Shown here: positions 9,958 to 19,770 of the stretch, in pieces
How positions within the stretch are numbered: the first letter of the stretch is position 1
How the letters are laid out: each line of letters starts with the position of its first letter
Program-made: the position numbers and the translations under genes
Source of the DNA: Candidatus Bathyarchaeota archaeon
GTDB lineage: Archaea; Thermoproteota; Bathyarchaeia; Bathyarchaeales; Bathycorpusculaceae
NCBI GenBank assembly: GCA_963739305.1
Contig: CAVTZU010000006.1
Span: forward strand, 1 to 36,132
DNA length: 36,132 bases
Reading direction: 5' to 3'
The notes under the pieces: generated by a model
What the model was told of the DNA's origin: nothing
What the model saw: only the letters and a program-made list of their open reading frames with translations
The model's database searches: none

Positions 9958-10793
9958 TTGCGATATCGACCTCTACTGGCCACTCTGAGACCAATGTTAA
10001 GGCTCAAGACTATTAGAATCAAAATCAAAGCTGCACCCCAACCTTGCGCCTGGAAGTTCGAGTACGGCAACAACGCGTCCCTCCAAATCCTCAATGGGAG
10101 TGCATCCATAGGCTGACTGAAGCCCTGAAAGAAATTCTGATTGCCAAGAACCGTCATTATCAAAGGCGCAGTTTCCCCTGCGATCCTTGCCACGGCGAGA
10201 AGAGTACCGGTCACTAGACCTGCTTTGGCAGTTGGGAGCACAACGCTCACTATAGTTCTCCACCTGTGCACTCCCAGCGCAAGCGATGCTTCACGAACGG
10301 AGTTTGGCACCAGCTTCAACGACTCTTCGGTAGTCCTGGCAACAATAGGGATTAGAATGAAAGAAAGAGCAATGCCTCCTGCGAGGGGAGAGAAGTGACC
10401 AAGATAGAGAACGACAACGGTGAAAACCGTGATCCCGACGACGATAGATGGAAATTCCGTTAGCACGTCATTGAACATTCTCATCAAAGCCGCATACCGA
10501 TTATTCCCATATTCCGACAAGTAAATTCCGGACATTATCCCGAGCGGTATGCCCATGAGACTAGTGAGACCAATCAGAATCAATGTACCCTGTATCGCAG
10601 GACCGATACCGCCTGCGGATTGACCGATCACGCCAACGGGTTGAGTGATGAACTGAATGCTTAACTGTGGCGCTCCTCTCACAATGACCTCGACAAGAAT
10701 GCTTGCCAAAGGCAGAACGGCGATGACCACGCAGGCCAAGCTGAGCACGAAGAAGAGCCTGTTCTTAAACTTCCTCACAGCGTAACTGGTCAT
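9954..10793 (-). CDS. pstA: Phosphate ABC transporter permease
   Basis: [19 protein letters not shown] and [10 protein letters not shown]. Confidence 0.95.
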   Translation of the reverse strand: MTSYAVRKFKNRLFFVLSLACVVIAVLPLASILVEVIVRGAPQLSIQFITQPVGVIGQSAGGIGPAIQGTLILIGLTSLMGIPLGIMSGIYLSEYGNNRYAALMRMFNDVLTEFPSIVVGITVFTVVVLYLGHFSPLAGGIALSFILIPIVARTTEESLKLVPNSVREASLALGVHRWRTIVSVVLPTAKAGLVTGTLLAVARIAGETAPLIMTVLGNQNFFQGFSQPMDALPLRIWRDALLPYSNFQAQGWGAALILILIVLSLNIGLRVASRGRYRK

Positions 10794-11738
10794 CTACTCT
10801 ACCGCACCTCCCGCAACTTTGAGAACGCGAGTCACCAAGATTTGAGCGACTACATTTATTGACAAACCCAACAGAAGCAGAATCAACCCAACGCCTATGT
10901 ATGCCGGCAGTTCCAGTGACGCAGGCGTCGCCTCCAAGAACCCATTGGCAATCAGAGACGACATTGTCTGGCTCCCCTTGAAAAGAGATGTAGGAATCGC
11001 AGCAGGGCCAACAGTGTTTCCGATAACCATAGTGACAGCCATCGTCTCTCCGACAGCTCTGCCAAGACCTAGAATCACTGCCCCAAACAGGCCGGAACGA
11101 CCGTAGCTTAACACCCAGTTTCTAATGACTTCCCACTTCGTTGCGCCGATACTGTACGCTCCTTCCCTGATTGAATTGGGAACTGCCTGAATGACTTCTC
11201 TAGACACCGACGAGACCGTGGGAACTATCATTATCGCCAAGATTATTCCAGCGCTTAACACATCAAGACCGAAAGGAGTTCCGCTGAAAAAAGGCAGCCA
11301 CCCAAAATAGGTGGATAAAGGAATTTCGATATAGTCGACGATGAAGAAACGAAGCACAAAGAGCCCCCAGAGCCCGTATATTACGCTGGGAACCGCCGCA
11401 AGCAGCTCTACGAGATACGAAATCGGCACCCTTATCGCTCTTGGAGCCATCTCTGCAAGAAAGATAGCTATTCCCAGACTCAAGGGCACGCCGATCAGAA
11501 GAGCAATTGCCGAAGTGACGAGCGTCCCAAGCACATATGGGAGCGCGCCGAAAATCTCCCTGCCCACAACTGGGTTCCATTCTGTCCCGATGAAAAAGTA
11601 TAACCCAAACCGTTCCAATACGGGCAGAGAGCCGGTGAAAAGAGTATATCCCGTGACCAGGAGGATTATTGCAGCTGAGGCTGCCAGCACCTCAGCCAAG
11701 ATCTTGAAAAAACCGTCTCCCGTCAACCCTGTTTTCAC
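10794..11738 (-). CDS. pstC: Phosphate ABC transporter permease
   Basis: WNP, ELLAAVPSVIYGLWG and GRAVGETMAV. GGAGGG precedes the GTG start. Confidence 0.95.
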   Translation of the reverse strand: MKTGLTGDGFFKILAEVLAASAAIILLVTGYTLFTGSLPVLERFGLYFFIGTEWNPVVGREIFGALPYVLGTLVTSAIALLIGVPLSLGIAIFLAEMAPRAIRVPISYLVELLAAVPSVIYGLWGLFVLRFFIVDYIEIPLSTYFGWLPFFSGTPFGLDVLSAGIILAIMIVPTVSSVSREVIQAVPNSIREGAYSIGATKWEVIRNWVLSYGRSGLFGAVILGLGRAVGETMAVTMVIGNTVGPAAIPTSLFKGSQTMSSLIANGFLEATPASLELPAYIGVGLILLLLGLSINVVAQILVTRVLKVAGGAVE

Positions 11739-11820
11739 GCTAATCCCTCCTAGCTATTAGTGAAGACAAGTTCCAAAAAAGAGAATTGGGGAGCAGTGTC
11801 CGGCAATTATTGACACCATT

Positions 11821-12918
11821 TTAGCTCGTAGATAGATGTTGTCCGTTGAAGGTTATCGACTGTATCGAGGCTTCATCTATTTGCACTACATTGGCTGGCA
11901 GTGGAACATATTCTAGACTTGCTGAATTCAGCTGACCGTCGTGTATTACCCACCACAGGAATTGGACTAGAGCGGCTGCTTTGTCCTGAGTCATCCCAGG
12001 GATTACGTTGAGTTCTTGGTACACTAACAAATACGTAAAGCTGACTATTGGGTAAGCTTGCGAGCCTTGAGCGTTGAGAAGACTTACGTTTGCCCAACTG
12101 CCGTTGCCTGCCGGTAATCCAGTTGAAGCTGCCGCTTGCACTGCTACTTGGATGGTACTCAGTGAAGGTAGAATCCAGTTGTCTGCTGGGTTTTGAATCG
12201 CCGCTACCGTCATATTATTCTGTAACGCATAAGCCAACTCGACGTATCCCACTGCATACGGCGTTCCTTGCACGACACTGGCGACTCCTGTATTGCCGTT
12301 CGCACCTATGCCACGAGGCCAAGCAACCGATTTGCCTTGTCCTATTTCCGTCTGCCATGCAGAACTAGAGACGCTTAGATAACCAGTGAAGATGAAAGTT
12401 GTTCCTGAACCGTCGGAGCGGTGAACGACGAGTATACTGTTAGCCGGCAATGTCACATTTGAATTGAGGCTCTGTATCTCTGGATCATTCCATGTTGTCA
12501 CGTTGCCTGCAAAGATGTCCGCAATGACTTTGCCAGTGAGGTGAAGACCAGAAGTGATGCCTGGTAGATTGTACGATATGGTGACGGCACCGATCGTTTC
12601 TGGGATATGAAGTGAGTTTGGTGCTTTCGCCATGTCGGCGGCGCCAAGTGGTGCGTCTGATGCAGCGAAGTCCACTGTCTTCCCTTCGAGAGCGGAAATG
12701 CCTCCGCCACTGCCTATCGATTGATAATTGATCTGTACGTTGGGTTTTTGGGTCTGATACTTTGAAATCATGACACTTAACAGCGGGTACGGAAACGTAG
12801 CTCCTGAGCCATTCAGCGTCTCCGCGTTTTGGGCGGGTGACGCTAAGTAGAGATAGCTGGCTACTCCGAGCACAATGATGACAATTGCGACGATTGTAAT
12901 AGCGATCTTATACTTCAT
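11821..12918 (-). CDS. pstS: Phosphate ABC transporter substrate-binding protein
   Basis: N-terminal membrane anchor, GSGATFPYP, GSGGG, DFAASD and RSDGSGTT. Confidence 0.96.
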   Translation of the reverse strand: MKYKIAITIVAIVIIVLGVASYLYLASPAQNAETLNGSGATFPYPLLSVMISKYQTQKPNVQINYQSIGSGGGISALEGKTVDFAASDAPLGAADMAKAPNSLHIPETIGAVTISYNLPGITSGLHLTGKVIADIFAGNVTTWNDPEIQSLNSNVTLPANSILVVHRSDGSGTTFIFTGYLSVSSSAWQTEIGQGKSVAWPRGIGANGNTGVASVVQGTPYAVGYVELAYALQNNMTVAAIQNPADNWILPSLSTIQVAVQAAASTGLPAGNGSWANVSLLNAQGSQAYPIVSFTYLLVYQELNVIPGMTQDKAAALVQFLWWVIHDGQLNSASLEYVPLPANVVQIDEASIQSITFNGQHLSTS

Positions 12919-12974
12919 TTTTTCACTTCCTTTTATGTTTCCTTATTTTTCTTGCTCTTAGAAGGCTCCATCTC

Positions 12975-13013
12975 GTATATAGTTTACGTACATAATCTTT
13001 ATAACCTATATAG
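12975..13013. promoter_or_regulatory. Divergent pstS / regulator promoter with TATA-like TTTATAA and repeated (C/G)TATATAG boxes
   Basis: GTATATAG 12975-12982, GTACATAA 12988-12995, TTTATAA 12998-13004 and palindromic CTATATAG 13006-13013. Confidence 0.5.
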
Positions 13014-13054
13014 ACACAACATTCAGCAATAGACCAAGCCTGAACTACATAAGG

Positions 13055-14110
13055 GTGCCAAGTTTGACTTCACGGTCGAAACACGAAGGAGAATCCAGGA
13101 AACTGCAGTTGACAGGCGGCTCAACTTACACAATATCACTCCCGAAGCACTGGATCACGCAAAACCAACTCGAGAAAAACAGCACACTTCTCGTCAAAGT
13201 TGAAGAAGATGGATCGCTGTCAATCTTGCCTCCAAATCTGGCAAAACAAGAAAGTCCTCAGGAAGCGTATATTCAAGTTTCTCCAAAAGACCAGCCGGAC
13301 CAGATAATCCGGAAGACCGTATCCACCTACCTGGTAGGTTACAACATAATGCGCATCAAAGCAAAGGATGAGCAACTGTCCTCGAAACAACGAACCGCGT
13401 TGAAGATCTTTGCCCGCGACATGCTTGTGGGAACCGAAATAGTGACAGACACCCCAGCAGAACTGACATTGCAGGTATTGCTCAACTATCCAGAACTGTC
13501 AGTCCAGAGCGCACTGCGAAGAATGTCAATAATCACAGCTTCGATGCACAAGGATGCAATGACAGCTCTTCAAAATCTGGATCACTCATTGGCAAAAGAT
13601 GTCATAGCGGGGGACAGTGAAGTTGACCGTTTCAACCTGTACATCGTGCGCCAACTCAAAATGGCAATACAAAATCCGAGAATAATTCAGGAAATTGGTT
13701 TGGCGAATGCAAGAGACTGCTTAGGATATCGACTTGTGACGAAATCAGTCGAAAGAACGGCTGACCACGCCGTCAACATTGCCGAAAACGTCCTACTTCT
13801 GAAACAACGTTTGGACAAGGGGACATTACGCAATATTATTGAAATGAGTACGCTTGCCATTTCAATGTTTGAGAATTCGATAGAATCACTATACAAACGA
13901 GATTTTGATCTTGCAGAAAACTCTATCGAGAAAATCAAGAACATCCTGAGTATGGAGAAAGAAGCCGTGCTCGCTTCTCAAAGAATCAGCATTGACGAAG
14001 CTGCAAACCTAAGGCTAATCATAGAAAGTGTGAGGAGAACCGCAGAATATGCAGCCGACATCGCGGAAGTCGTGCTCAACCTTACCGTTGAATCTATCAT
14101 CGGGCGATAA
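13055..14110 (+). CDS. Archaeal phosphate uptake regulator (AbrB DNA-binding domain + PhoU domains)
   Basis: N-terminal RKLQLTGGSTYTISLPK.W, then DSEVDRF, ERTADHA and RRTAEY..DIAE. Confidence 0.92.
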   Translation: MPSLTSRSKHEGESRKLQLTGGSTYTISLPKHWITQNQLEKNSTLLVKVEEDGSLSILPPNLAKQESPQEAYIQVSPKDQPDQIIRKTVSTYLVGYNIMRIKAKDEQLSSKQRTALKIFARDMLVGTEIVTDTPAELTLQVLLNYPELSVQSALRRMSIITASMHKDAMTALQNLDHSLAKDVIAGDSEVDRFNLYIVRQLKMAIQNPRIIQEIGLANARDCLGYRLVTKSVERTADHAVNIAENVLLLKQRLDKGTLRNIIEMSTLAISMFENSIESLYKRDFDLAENSIEKIKNILSMEKEAVLASQRISIDEAANLRLIIESVRRTAEYAADIAEVVLNLTVESIIGR

Positions 14111-14190
14111 TTCCAAAAAACCTGATTGTTGTACATGAATTATGTTGTTATCCAAAAATCAATCGAGCATCTTCTAAATTGATCTACCGC

Positions 14191-14649
14191 TTATTCTTCA
14201 CGTCGTTCCGCTGTCCAATACGCCTTCTTGACGCCATCGCCAGTGCAAATAAGTTCTTTCTTAAAGATAGGAGCTTCTTTTTTGTATCTTTCAACCGCCT
14301 CTTCAAGAACAGGGAAGACTTGTTTACGGTGAGAACCTGCAACCAAAACGTAGACAAGATCTTCACCGACTTCAAATTCACCCAACAAATGGTGAATCTG
14401 AACATCCACAATCCCAGGCTCTTTGTTGAGGTCATGGCAGATCTTCTTCAGCACTTCGTCCGCCTTTTCCTCATAGGCTTCTAATTCTAGCTTCTCAACG
14501 TTCTCGCCTTTCAAAGTCTGCCCTCGAGCCACCCCAACAAATAATCCGATGGCCCCAGCCTTCGGAAAATCGGATCGCCTCTTCACACCCTTTATCATTT
14601 CTGCCAGAGAGAATGTTCCTTTTTTGTGCACACCAGCGCTCGTTGCCAA
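14191..14649 (-). CDS. moaE: Molybdopterin synthase catalytic subunit
   Basis: GAIGLFVGVAR, LELEAY, HHLLG, SHRK and KKEAPIFKKE. Start is probably TTG 14649 or 14652. Confidence 0.9.
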   Translation of the reverse strand: MATSAGVHKKGTFSLAEMIKGVKRRSDFPKAGAIGLFVGVARGQTLKGENVEKLELEAYEEKADEVLKKICHDLNKEPGIVDVQIHHLLGEFEVGEDLVYVLVAGSHRKQVFPVLEEAVERYKKEAPIFKKELICTGDGVKKAYWTAERREE

Positions 14650-14699
14650 CAAGAGACCCTTCTGAACGGTAACTAAGTTAGAGTCTTCAGTGAATCGAG

Positions 14700-15734
14700 T
14701 CAATAGTGTTTGATGTATTTCCGCATGTCTTCAATTACGGCAGAAGGAACAGGCAGATCTTTCATCGTTATCAAACCTGCAGGAGCATTGATCACCTTGG
14801 GAATGGAATTGACGATCACCGCAACAGTTGCCAAGTCACCGTGAACGCAGGGGCTGATCTTTTGTCTGATCTCAGGAACTCCCTTAATCGTAACTGCGTC
14901 GTATTCTTCTTCAGCACCTATGTAAGCCCTGAAATCTAAGACTATGACTTCTTCACCTCTCTTTATGCCCTTAGCTTTCTGCTTCAGACCAGCCACTTTT
15001 CCAATGTCGACTTTGATGTCATTGCTATGGACCGCTTTCTTCGCTATGACAGGCTCAACCGGTTCAACAACAATCATGTCTAGCTTCCACGCTAGAGCAT
15101 CTGCAACCATCGAGATTGATTGTTCAAGACCAACGTGCCCCGTGATTTGTTTTTCAGAGATCTGTTGCTCGAACTCTTTGACAGACAAGCCTGCACCAAT
15201 CTTCTTTTGAAAAGGCAATCGTCTAGTAGCTGCGTTCATCACTCTGGCCGCCTCAATCTTCTCTATCGTCTGACATGGAGCCGTAAGCGTAAGAACGAGC
15301 GTGTCCATGAGATAGCCTGGGTTGATTCCAGTTCCAAGCACCGTTGCGTCATGCTTCAAAGCTAAAGCGTTCAATTCAGTTGAAAGTTCGGGTTCCGAAT
15401 AGTAAGGGTAAGACAATTCTTCGCACGTGGATACAACGTTGATTCCGTGTTTCAAGATCGATGCGATCTGAGGGTACGTATCCTTCAGGTAAGAGGATGT
15501 TGCATGAACCGCAATGTCAGGTTTGACTTTCGAAACTGCAATTTTGAGATCGTTAGTGATCTTCACGCCAAGCTTTTCGCCGAGATCCAAAACTTCCCCC
15601 AAGTCCTTGCCAACCTTTCTCTTGTCAACGTCCACAGCACCGACAATCTCTATTCCCTCCTTCTGAACCAGATTTTTCGCGATCATGCCCCCGACGACGC
15701 CGACACCGTATGCCAGAATCCTGATTTTTTCCAT
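14700..15734 (-). CDS. 2,4-diaminopentanoate dehydrogenase (Ord)-like / native amine dehydrogenase family protein
   Basis: Rossmann GVGVVG, TCEEL, GTGINPG..MD, KKIGAG, GHVGL and GDLAT...NSIP...A..G. Confidence 0.75.
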   Translation of the reverse strand: MEKIRILAYGVGVVGGMIAKNLVQKEGIEIVGAVDVDKRKVGKDLGEVLDLGEKLGVKITNDLKIAVSKVKPDIAVHATSSYLKDTYPQIASILKHGINVVSTCEELSYPYYSEPELSTELNALALKHDATVLGTGINPGYLMDTLVLTLTAPCQTIEKIEAARVMNAATRRLPFQKKIGAGLSVKEFEQQISEKQITGHVGLEQSISMVADALAWKLDMIVVEPVEPVIAKKAVHSNDIKVDIGKVAGLKQKAKGIKRGEEVIVLDFRAYIGAEEEYDAVTIKGVPEIRQKISPCVHGDLATVAVIVNSIPKVINAPAGLITMKDLPVPSAVIEDMRKYIKHY

Positions 15735-15886
15735 GATGATTATTCGCTCTCGTCACGTTCGTGCTTTACGGCACTTCGTCATATAAATCTACCCAGACAT
15801 CCTGCAGCCTGAATGTACGGCAAAAACCTTTACGTTTGTAAACTTTTATATCTGAGGTGACGGAGGTATTTTCGAGGGCTAGCGAA

Positions 15887-17323
15887 TTGGGGTACTCAAC
15901 CAGCATCGGCAAAATAATCCAAGAAAAAATCTTGGACGCCGAGAAACTCAAAAACTGCTTTGAGTGCGGAATCTGCACAGCAAGTTGTTCCATCAATGAG
16001 ATGCTTGGAAACGAGTACAGCCCTAGAAGACTCATTGAGGACATTTACTCAAACCCTGAAGACGTGCTTAACTCGGAGGCAATCTGGCTCTGCGCATGGT
16101 GTTACAGATGCCACAGCAGGTGTCCACAAGCCCTTGACCTGCCCGAAATTCTCCTCTTCATGCGAATAGAAGCAGCAAAACGAGGGAACACCCAAAGTTT
16201 TGATAGAGCCCTCCAGAAAATCGTGAAAAACATACCTCTCCCGCTCATCACCACACTAGTTTGCTTCCATCCTGAACGCGCCGGATTGAAGAACAAAGAA
16301 ATCCTGCAGAGAATCGAACAGATTCGAGAAGAACAGTTCAAGCAGAAAAAAAAGGAGAAAACAACGGAAAAGTCTAGAGAAAAAGTTGCAGTCATCGGCT
16401 CCGGACCCGCAGGTCTAACCGTTGCCTACGAACTCGGAAGAAAAGGATACAACGTCACAGTCTTTGAAGCTCTTCCAAGACCAGGAGGGATGCTGACAAA
16501 AGGCATACCTGAAACACGCTTGCCAAAACAGATTGTTGACAAGGAAATCCAGTTCATCAAGGATCTCAACGTTAACTTCAAAACCGGGATAAGAATTGGA
16601 AAGGATCTCAGCTTTGAGAGTTTGAAGAAGCAAGGGTTCAAAGCCATATTCATCGCAACTGGAGCACACAAGAGCCATCCGCTCAAAGTTGACGGGTCAA
16701 GTCTGAAAGGAGTCATAAATGCCCTTGACTTCCTGTGGGACATCAACACAGGCAAGAAAGTGGACGTTGGAAAGAACGTTGTTGTAATAGGCGGCGGAAA
16801 TGTTGCCGTAGACGCCGCCCGAACTGCCCGCTGTCAAAAGGCGGACCAGGTCACAATTATGTACCGCAGATCTAAGGATGAGATGCCTGCTAACCTGCGC
16901 GAAGTTAAAGAAGCAGAACACGAAGGAGTGAAAATCGAGTTTCTTGTTTCACCCAAGAAGATTCTGGGCGAAAATGGGAAAGTCTGCGGAATTGAGTGCG
17001 CCCGAATGCAGCTAGGTGAGCCGGATGATTCAGGACGCAGAAAAGCGACACCGATTGAAGGCTCAGATTTCAAACGCGAAACAGACATGGTTGTTTTGGC
17101 AATAGGTGAGACTCCAGATTTGGGATTTCTGCCACTTGACGTTGACCGGAACGAGGACGGCACGTTGTGGGCTAACGCATTGACGTTAGAAACGAGCATG
17201 CCTGGAGTCTTCGGAGGCGGAGACGCAGCAACGGGCCCAGCTTCCGTGATAGAAGCAATTCGAGATGGAAAACGTGCAGCAGAATCAATCGAGAACTACC
17301 TCAAAACAATCAAAGAAGCATGA
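15887..17323 (+). CDS. Fusion of an HdrC-like 2x[4Fe-4S] domain and a GltD/SudA-like FAD/NAD(P)H oxidoreductase
   Basis: CFECGICTASC and IWLCAWCYRCHSRCP, then VAVIGSGPAG, GIPETRLPK, GGGNVAVD, YRRS and GGD..TGP..VIEAI. Start is TTG 15887 or GTG 15857. Confidence 0.85.
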   Translation: MGYSTSIGKIIQEKILDAEKLKNCFECGICTASCSINEMLGNEYSPRRLIEDIYSNPEDVLNSEAIWLCAWCYRCHSRCPQALDLPEILLFMRIEAAKRGNTQSFDRALQKIVKNIPLPLITTLVCFHPERAGLKNKEILQRIEQIREEQFKQKKKEKTTEKSREKVAVIGSGPAGLTVAYELGRKGYNVTVFEALPRPGGMLTKGIPETRLPKQIVDKEIQFIKDLNVNFKTGIRIGKDLSFESLKKQGFKAIFIATGAHKSHPLKVDGSSLKGVINALDFLWDINTGKKVDVGKNVVVIGGGNVAVDAARTARCQKADQVTIMYRRSKDEMPANLREVKEAEHEGVKIEFLVSPKKILGENGKVCGIECARMQLGEPDDSGRRKATPIEGSDFKRETDMVVLAIGETPDLGFLPLDVDRNEDGTLWANALTLETSMPGVFGGGDAATGPASVIEAIRDGKRAAESIENYLKTIKEA

Positions 17324-17327
17324 AAAG

Positions 17328-19769
17328 ATGACGGAAAAGAAAGAATCGAAACCGCAACCGGAACAACAGGAACAGCCGAGAATCGGAGTCTACGTCTGCC
17401 ACTGCGGCCTAAACATCGCAGGGTCCGTGGATTGCGAGGAAGTCGCGAAGTACGCCGCGTCACTGCCGAACGTCGTCCTAGCTCAGGATAACCGATACAC
17501 ATGCTCAGACCAAGGGCAAGCAGGAATACAGAAAGACATCAAAGAACAAAAACTCAACCGAGTCGTCGTCGCATCATGCTCACCGAGACTTCACGAGCCC
17601 ACGTTTAGGAAGACATGCGAGGATGCAGGGCTAAACAAGTACCTTTTTGAGATGGCCAATATCCGAGAACACTGCAGCTGGGTCCACCTTTACGACCGTG
17701 CTGCAGCAACGGAAAAAGCAAAAGACCTCGTGAAGATGGCCGTGGCCAAAGCTGCGCTGCTCACGCCTGCAGAAGAAGCGGAAGTCCCAATCACCAGGAA
17801 AGCATTGGTCATAGGTGGAGGAGTAGCCGGAATCCAAGCTGCCCTTGACCTCGCAGACACTGGATACAAAGTGTACATGGTCGAGAAAGAACCCAGCATA
17901 GGCGGCATGATGGCGCGCATCGACAAAACATTTCCGACCATGGACTGCTCGATATGCATTCTTGCCCCCAAAATGTCTGACGTAGGTCACCATCCCAACA
18001 TTGAGTTGTTGACCAACAGCGAAGTGGCCGAAGTTAAAGGTTACATTGGCAACTTCAGGGTGAAGGTACTGAAAAAACCCCGATACGTCACGAAAGACTG
18101 CTCGGCATGTGGCGAATGCGTGAAAGTATGTCCAATAATTGCACCAAACGAATTTGATGTGGGATTGGCCACGAGGCACGGAATCTACACGCCGTTTGCG
18201 CAAGCAGTTCCATCCACGTACGTCATTGACATGAACCTTTGTCTCAACAAGGAAGGCATAATCACCTGCGACAAATGCCTAAAAGCGTGCGAGAGACAGG
18301 CGGTCAAATTTGAGATGAAACCAGAAACCCAAGAACTCGAGGTCGGCACCATAGTTGTTGCAACCGGCGCAGACGTTTTCGACCCGTCAGTTCTGCCCAA
18401 CTACGGCTACGGCAAATACCCAAATGTTATCACATCACTCGAGTTCGAAAGATTGATCAACGCGGGCGGCCCCTCCGCAGGACACCTTCTTAGACCAAGC
18501 GACAAACAGATACCCAAGCGCGTGGCGTTCATTCAATGCGTAGGGTCGCGTTCAGAAAGAGCTGGAAAATCATACTGCAGCAACGTCTGCTGCATGAACA
18601 CGATCAAAGACAGCTTGCTCATCAAAGAGCACTGGCCAGACACCGAAATTTACGTTTTCTACGTTGACATAAGAGCGTTCGGCAAGGGATTCGAAGACCT
18701 GTACAAACGAGCCAGAAAAGAAGGAGTCATCTTCATCCGAGGGCTGCCAGCGGAGATCAAGGAGGACAAAAAGAGTCACAACCTGTGGCTGATCGGAGAA
18801 AACACGCTGAAGAAAGAAATTTACAAGGTAAACGCTGATATGGCCATTCTATCGATAGGCTTGGAGGCAAGAAAAGACAGCGAACTAGTCCAACGCCTCT
18901 TAACCTTGTCCAGAAACCAAGACGGATTCTTCCTAGAAGCCCATCCCAAACTGAGGCCCGTCGACGCTGCAACGGGCGGAATCTTCTTCGCAGGATGCGC
19001 AGAAGGTCCCAAGGACATAAAGGACAGCGTTACACAAGCGAGCGCAGCGGCTGGACGCGCAGGGATATTGATGGCCCAGGGAAAAGTGACCGTGGAAGCC
19101 ATAACGCCGTTGATTTTCCCCGATAAATGCAAAGCATGCGGCTTGTGCGTCAAGGTCTGTCCGTACAACGCGATCATACTTGACAAAGAGAAGAAACGCA
19201 TCGAAGTGATAGAGGCAGCCTGCGGTGGTTGTGGCACGTGCGCCGCAGAATGCGCTTTTGGTGCGTTAACGCAGAAGCACTTCACAGATCAACAGATAAT
19301 AGCAGAGATAGACGCCATAACGGAACAAGATGCAGACAAGAAAGTCGTAGCTTTCTGCTGCAACTGGTGCTCGTATGCTGGTGCAGATTTCGCCGGCGTC
19401 AGCAGAATGCAATACCCGCCAACTGCGCGCATAATCAGAACAATGTGCTCCGGACGCGTTTCTCAGAAGTTCATAGAAAGAGCATTCGCAAGAGGAGCAG
19501 CAGCCGTTCTAGTGAGCGGGTGCCACATCGGAGACTGCCACTACATAAACGCGAACGTGCAAACCCAAAAACGCGTGGAACGCATGTGGAAAAAGATGGA
19601 ACAGAGCGGGTTGAACAAGGAGAGACTCCAACTGCTATGGGCTTCAGCAGCGGAAGGCGAAAAATTCGCATCCAAGATTCGCGAGATGAAGTCAATAGTA
19701 GACAGGGTCAGCCCCGAAGAGGTTGAAAAGGGCCGACAAGTGTTCAAGAAAGCCTTGGAGGCGGACTAA
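17328..19769 (+). CDS. hdrA: Heterodisulfide reductase subunit A fused to MvhD/FlpD
   Basis: VCHCG, SCSP, REHCSWVH, GGGVAG, KTFPTMDCSIC, CVGSR..YCSNVCC and two ferredoxin domains. C-terminal CCNWCSYAGAD..MCSGRV..GCHIGDCHY is MvhD-like. ATG 17328. Confidence 0.93.
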   Translation: MTEKKESKPQPEQQEQPRIGVYVCHCGLNIAGSVDCEEVAKYAASLPNVVLAQDNRYTCSDQGQAGIQKDIKEQKLNRVVVASCSPRLHEPTFRKTCEDAGLNKYLFEMANIREHCSWVHLYDRAAATEKAKDLVKMAVAKAALLTPAEEAEVPITRKALVIGGGVAGIQAALDLADTGYKVYMVEKEPSIGGMMARIDKTFPTMDCSICILAPKMSDVGHHPNIELLTNSEVAEVKGYIGNFRVKVLKKPRYVTKDCSACGECVKVCPIIAPNEFDVGLATRHGIYTPFAQAVPSTYVIDMNLCLNKEGIITCDKCLKACERQAVKFEMKPETQELEVGTIVVATGADVFDPSVLPNYGYGKYPNVITSLEFERLINAGGPSAGHLLRPSDKQIPKRVAFIQCVGSRSERAGKSYCSNVCCMNTIKDSLLIKEHWPDTEIYVFYVDIRAFGKGFEDLYKRARKEGVIFIRGLPAEIKEDKKSHNLWLIGENTLKKEIYKVNADMAILSIGLEARKDSELVQRLLTLSRNQDGFFLEAHPKLRPVDAATGGIFFAGCAEGPKDIKDSVTQASAAAGRAGILMAQGKVTVEAITPLIFPDKCKACGLCVKVCPYNAIILDKEKKRIEVIEAACGGCGTCAAECAFGALTQKHFTDQQIIAEIDAITEQDADKKVVAFCCNWCSYAGADFAGVSRMQYPPTARIIRTMCSGRVSQKFIERAFARGAAAVLVSGCHIGDCHYINANVQTQKRVERMWKKMEQSGLNKERLQLLWASAAEGEKFASKIREMKSIVDRVSPEEVEKGRQVFKKALEAD

Positions 19770-19770
19770 A

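Noticed and set aside
17328-19769. Selenocysteine or pyrrolysine recoding in HdrA/MvhD
   Set aside because: The frame is open throughout with Cys at the ligand positions; there is no in-frame TGA or TAG.
15887-19769. Evidence for methanogenesis or sulfate reduction (Hdr/Qmo)
   Set aside because: No mcr, hdrB, apr or membrane QmoC-type gene is in the window, and HdrA-MvhD fusions occur widely in non-methanogens.
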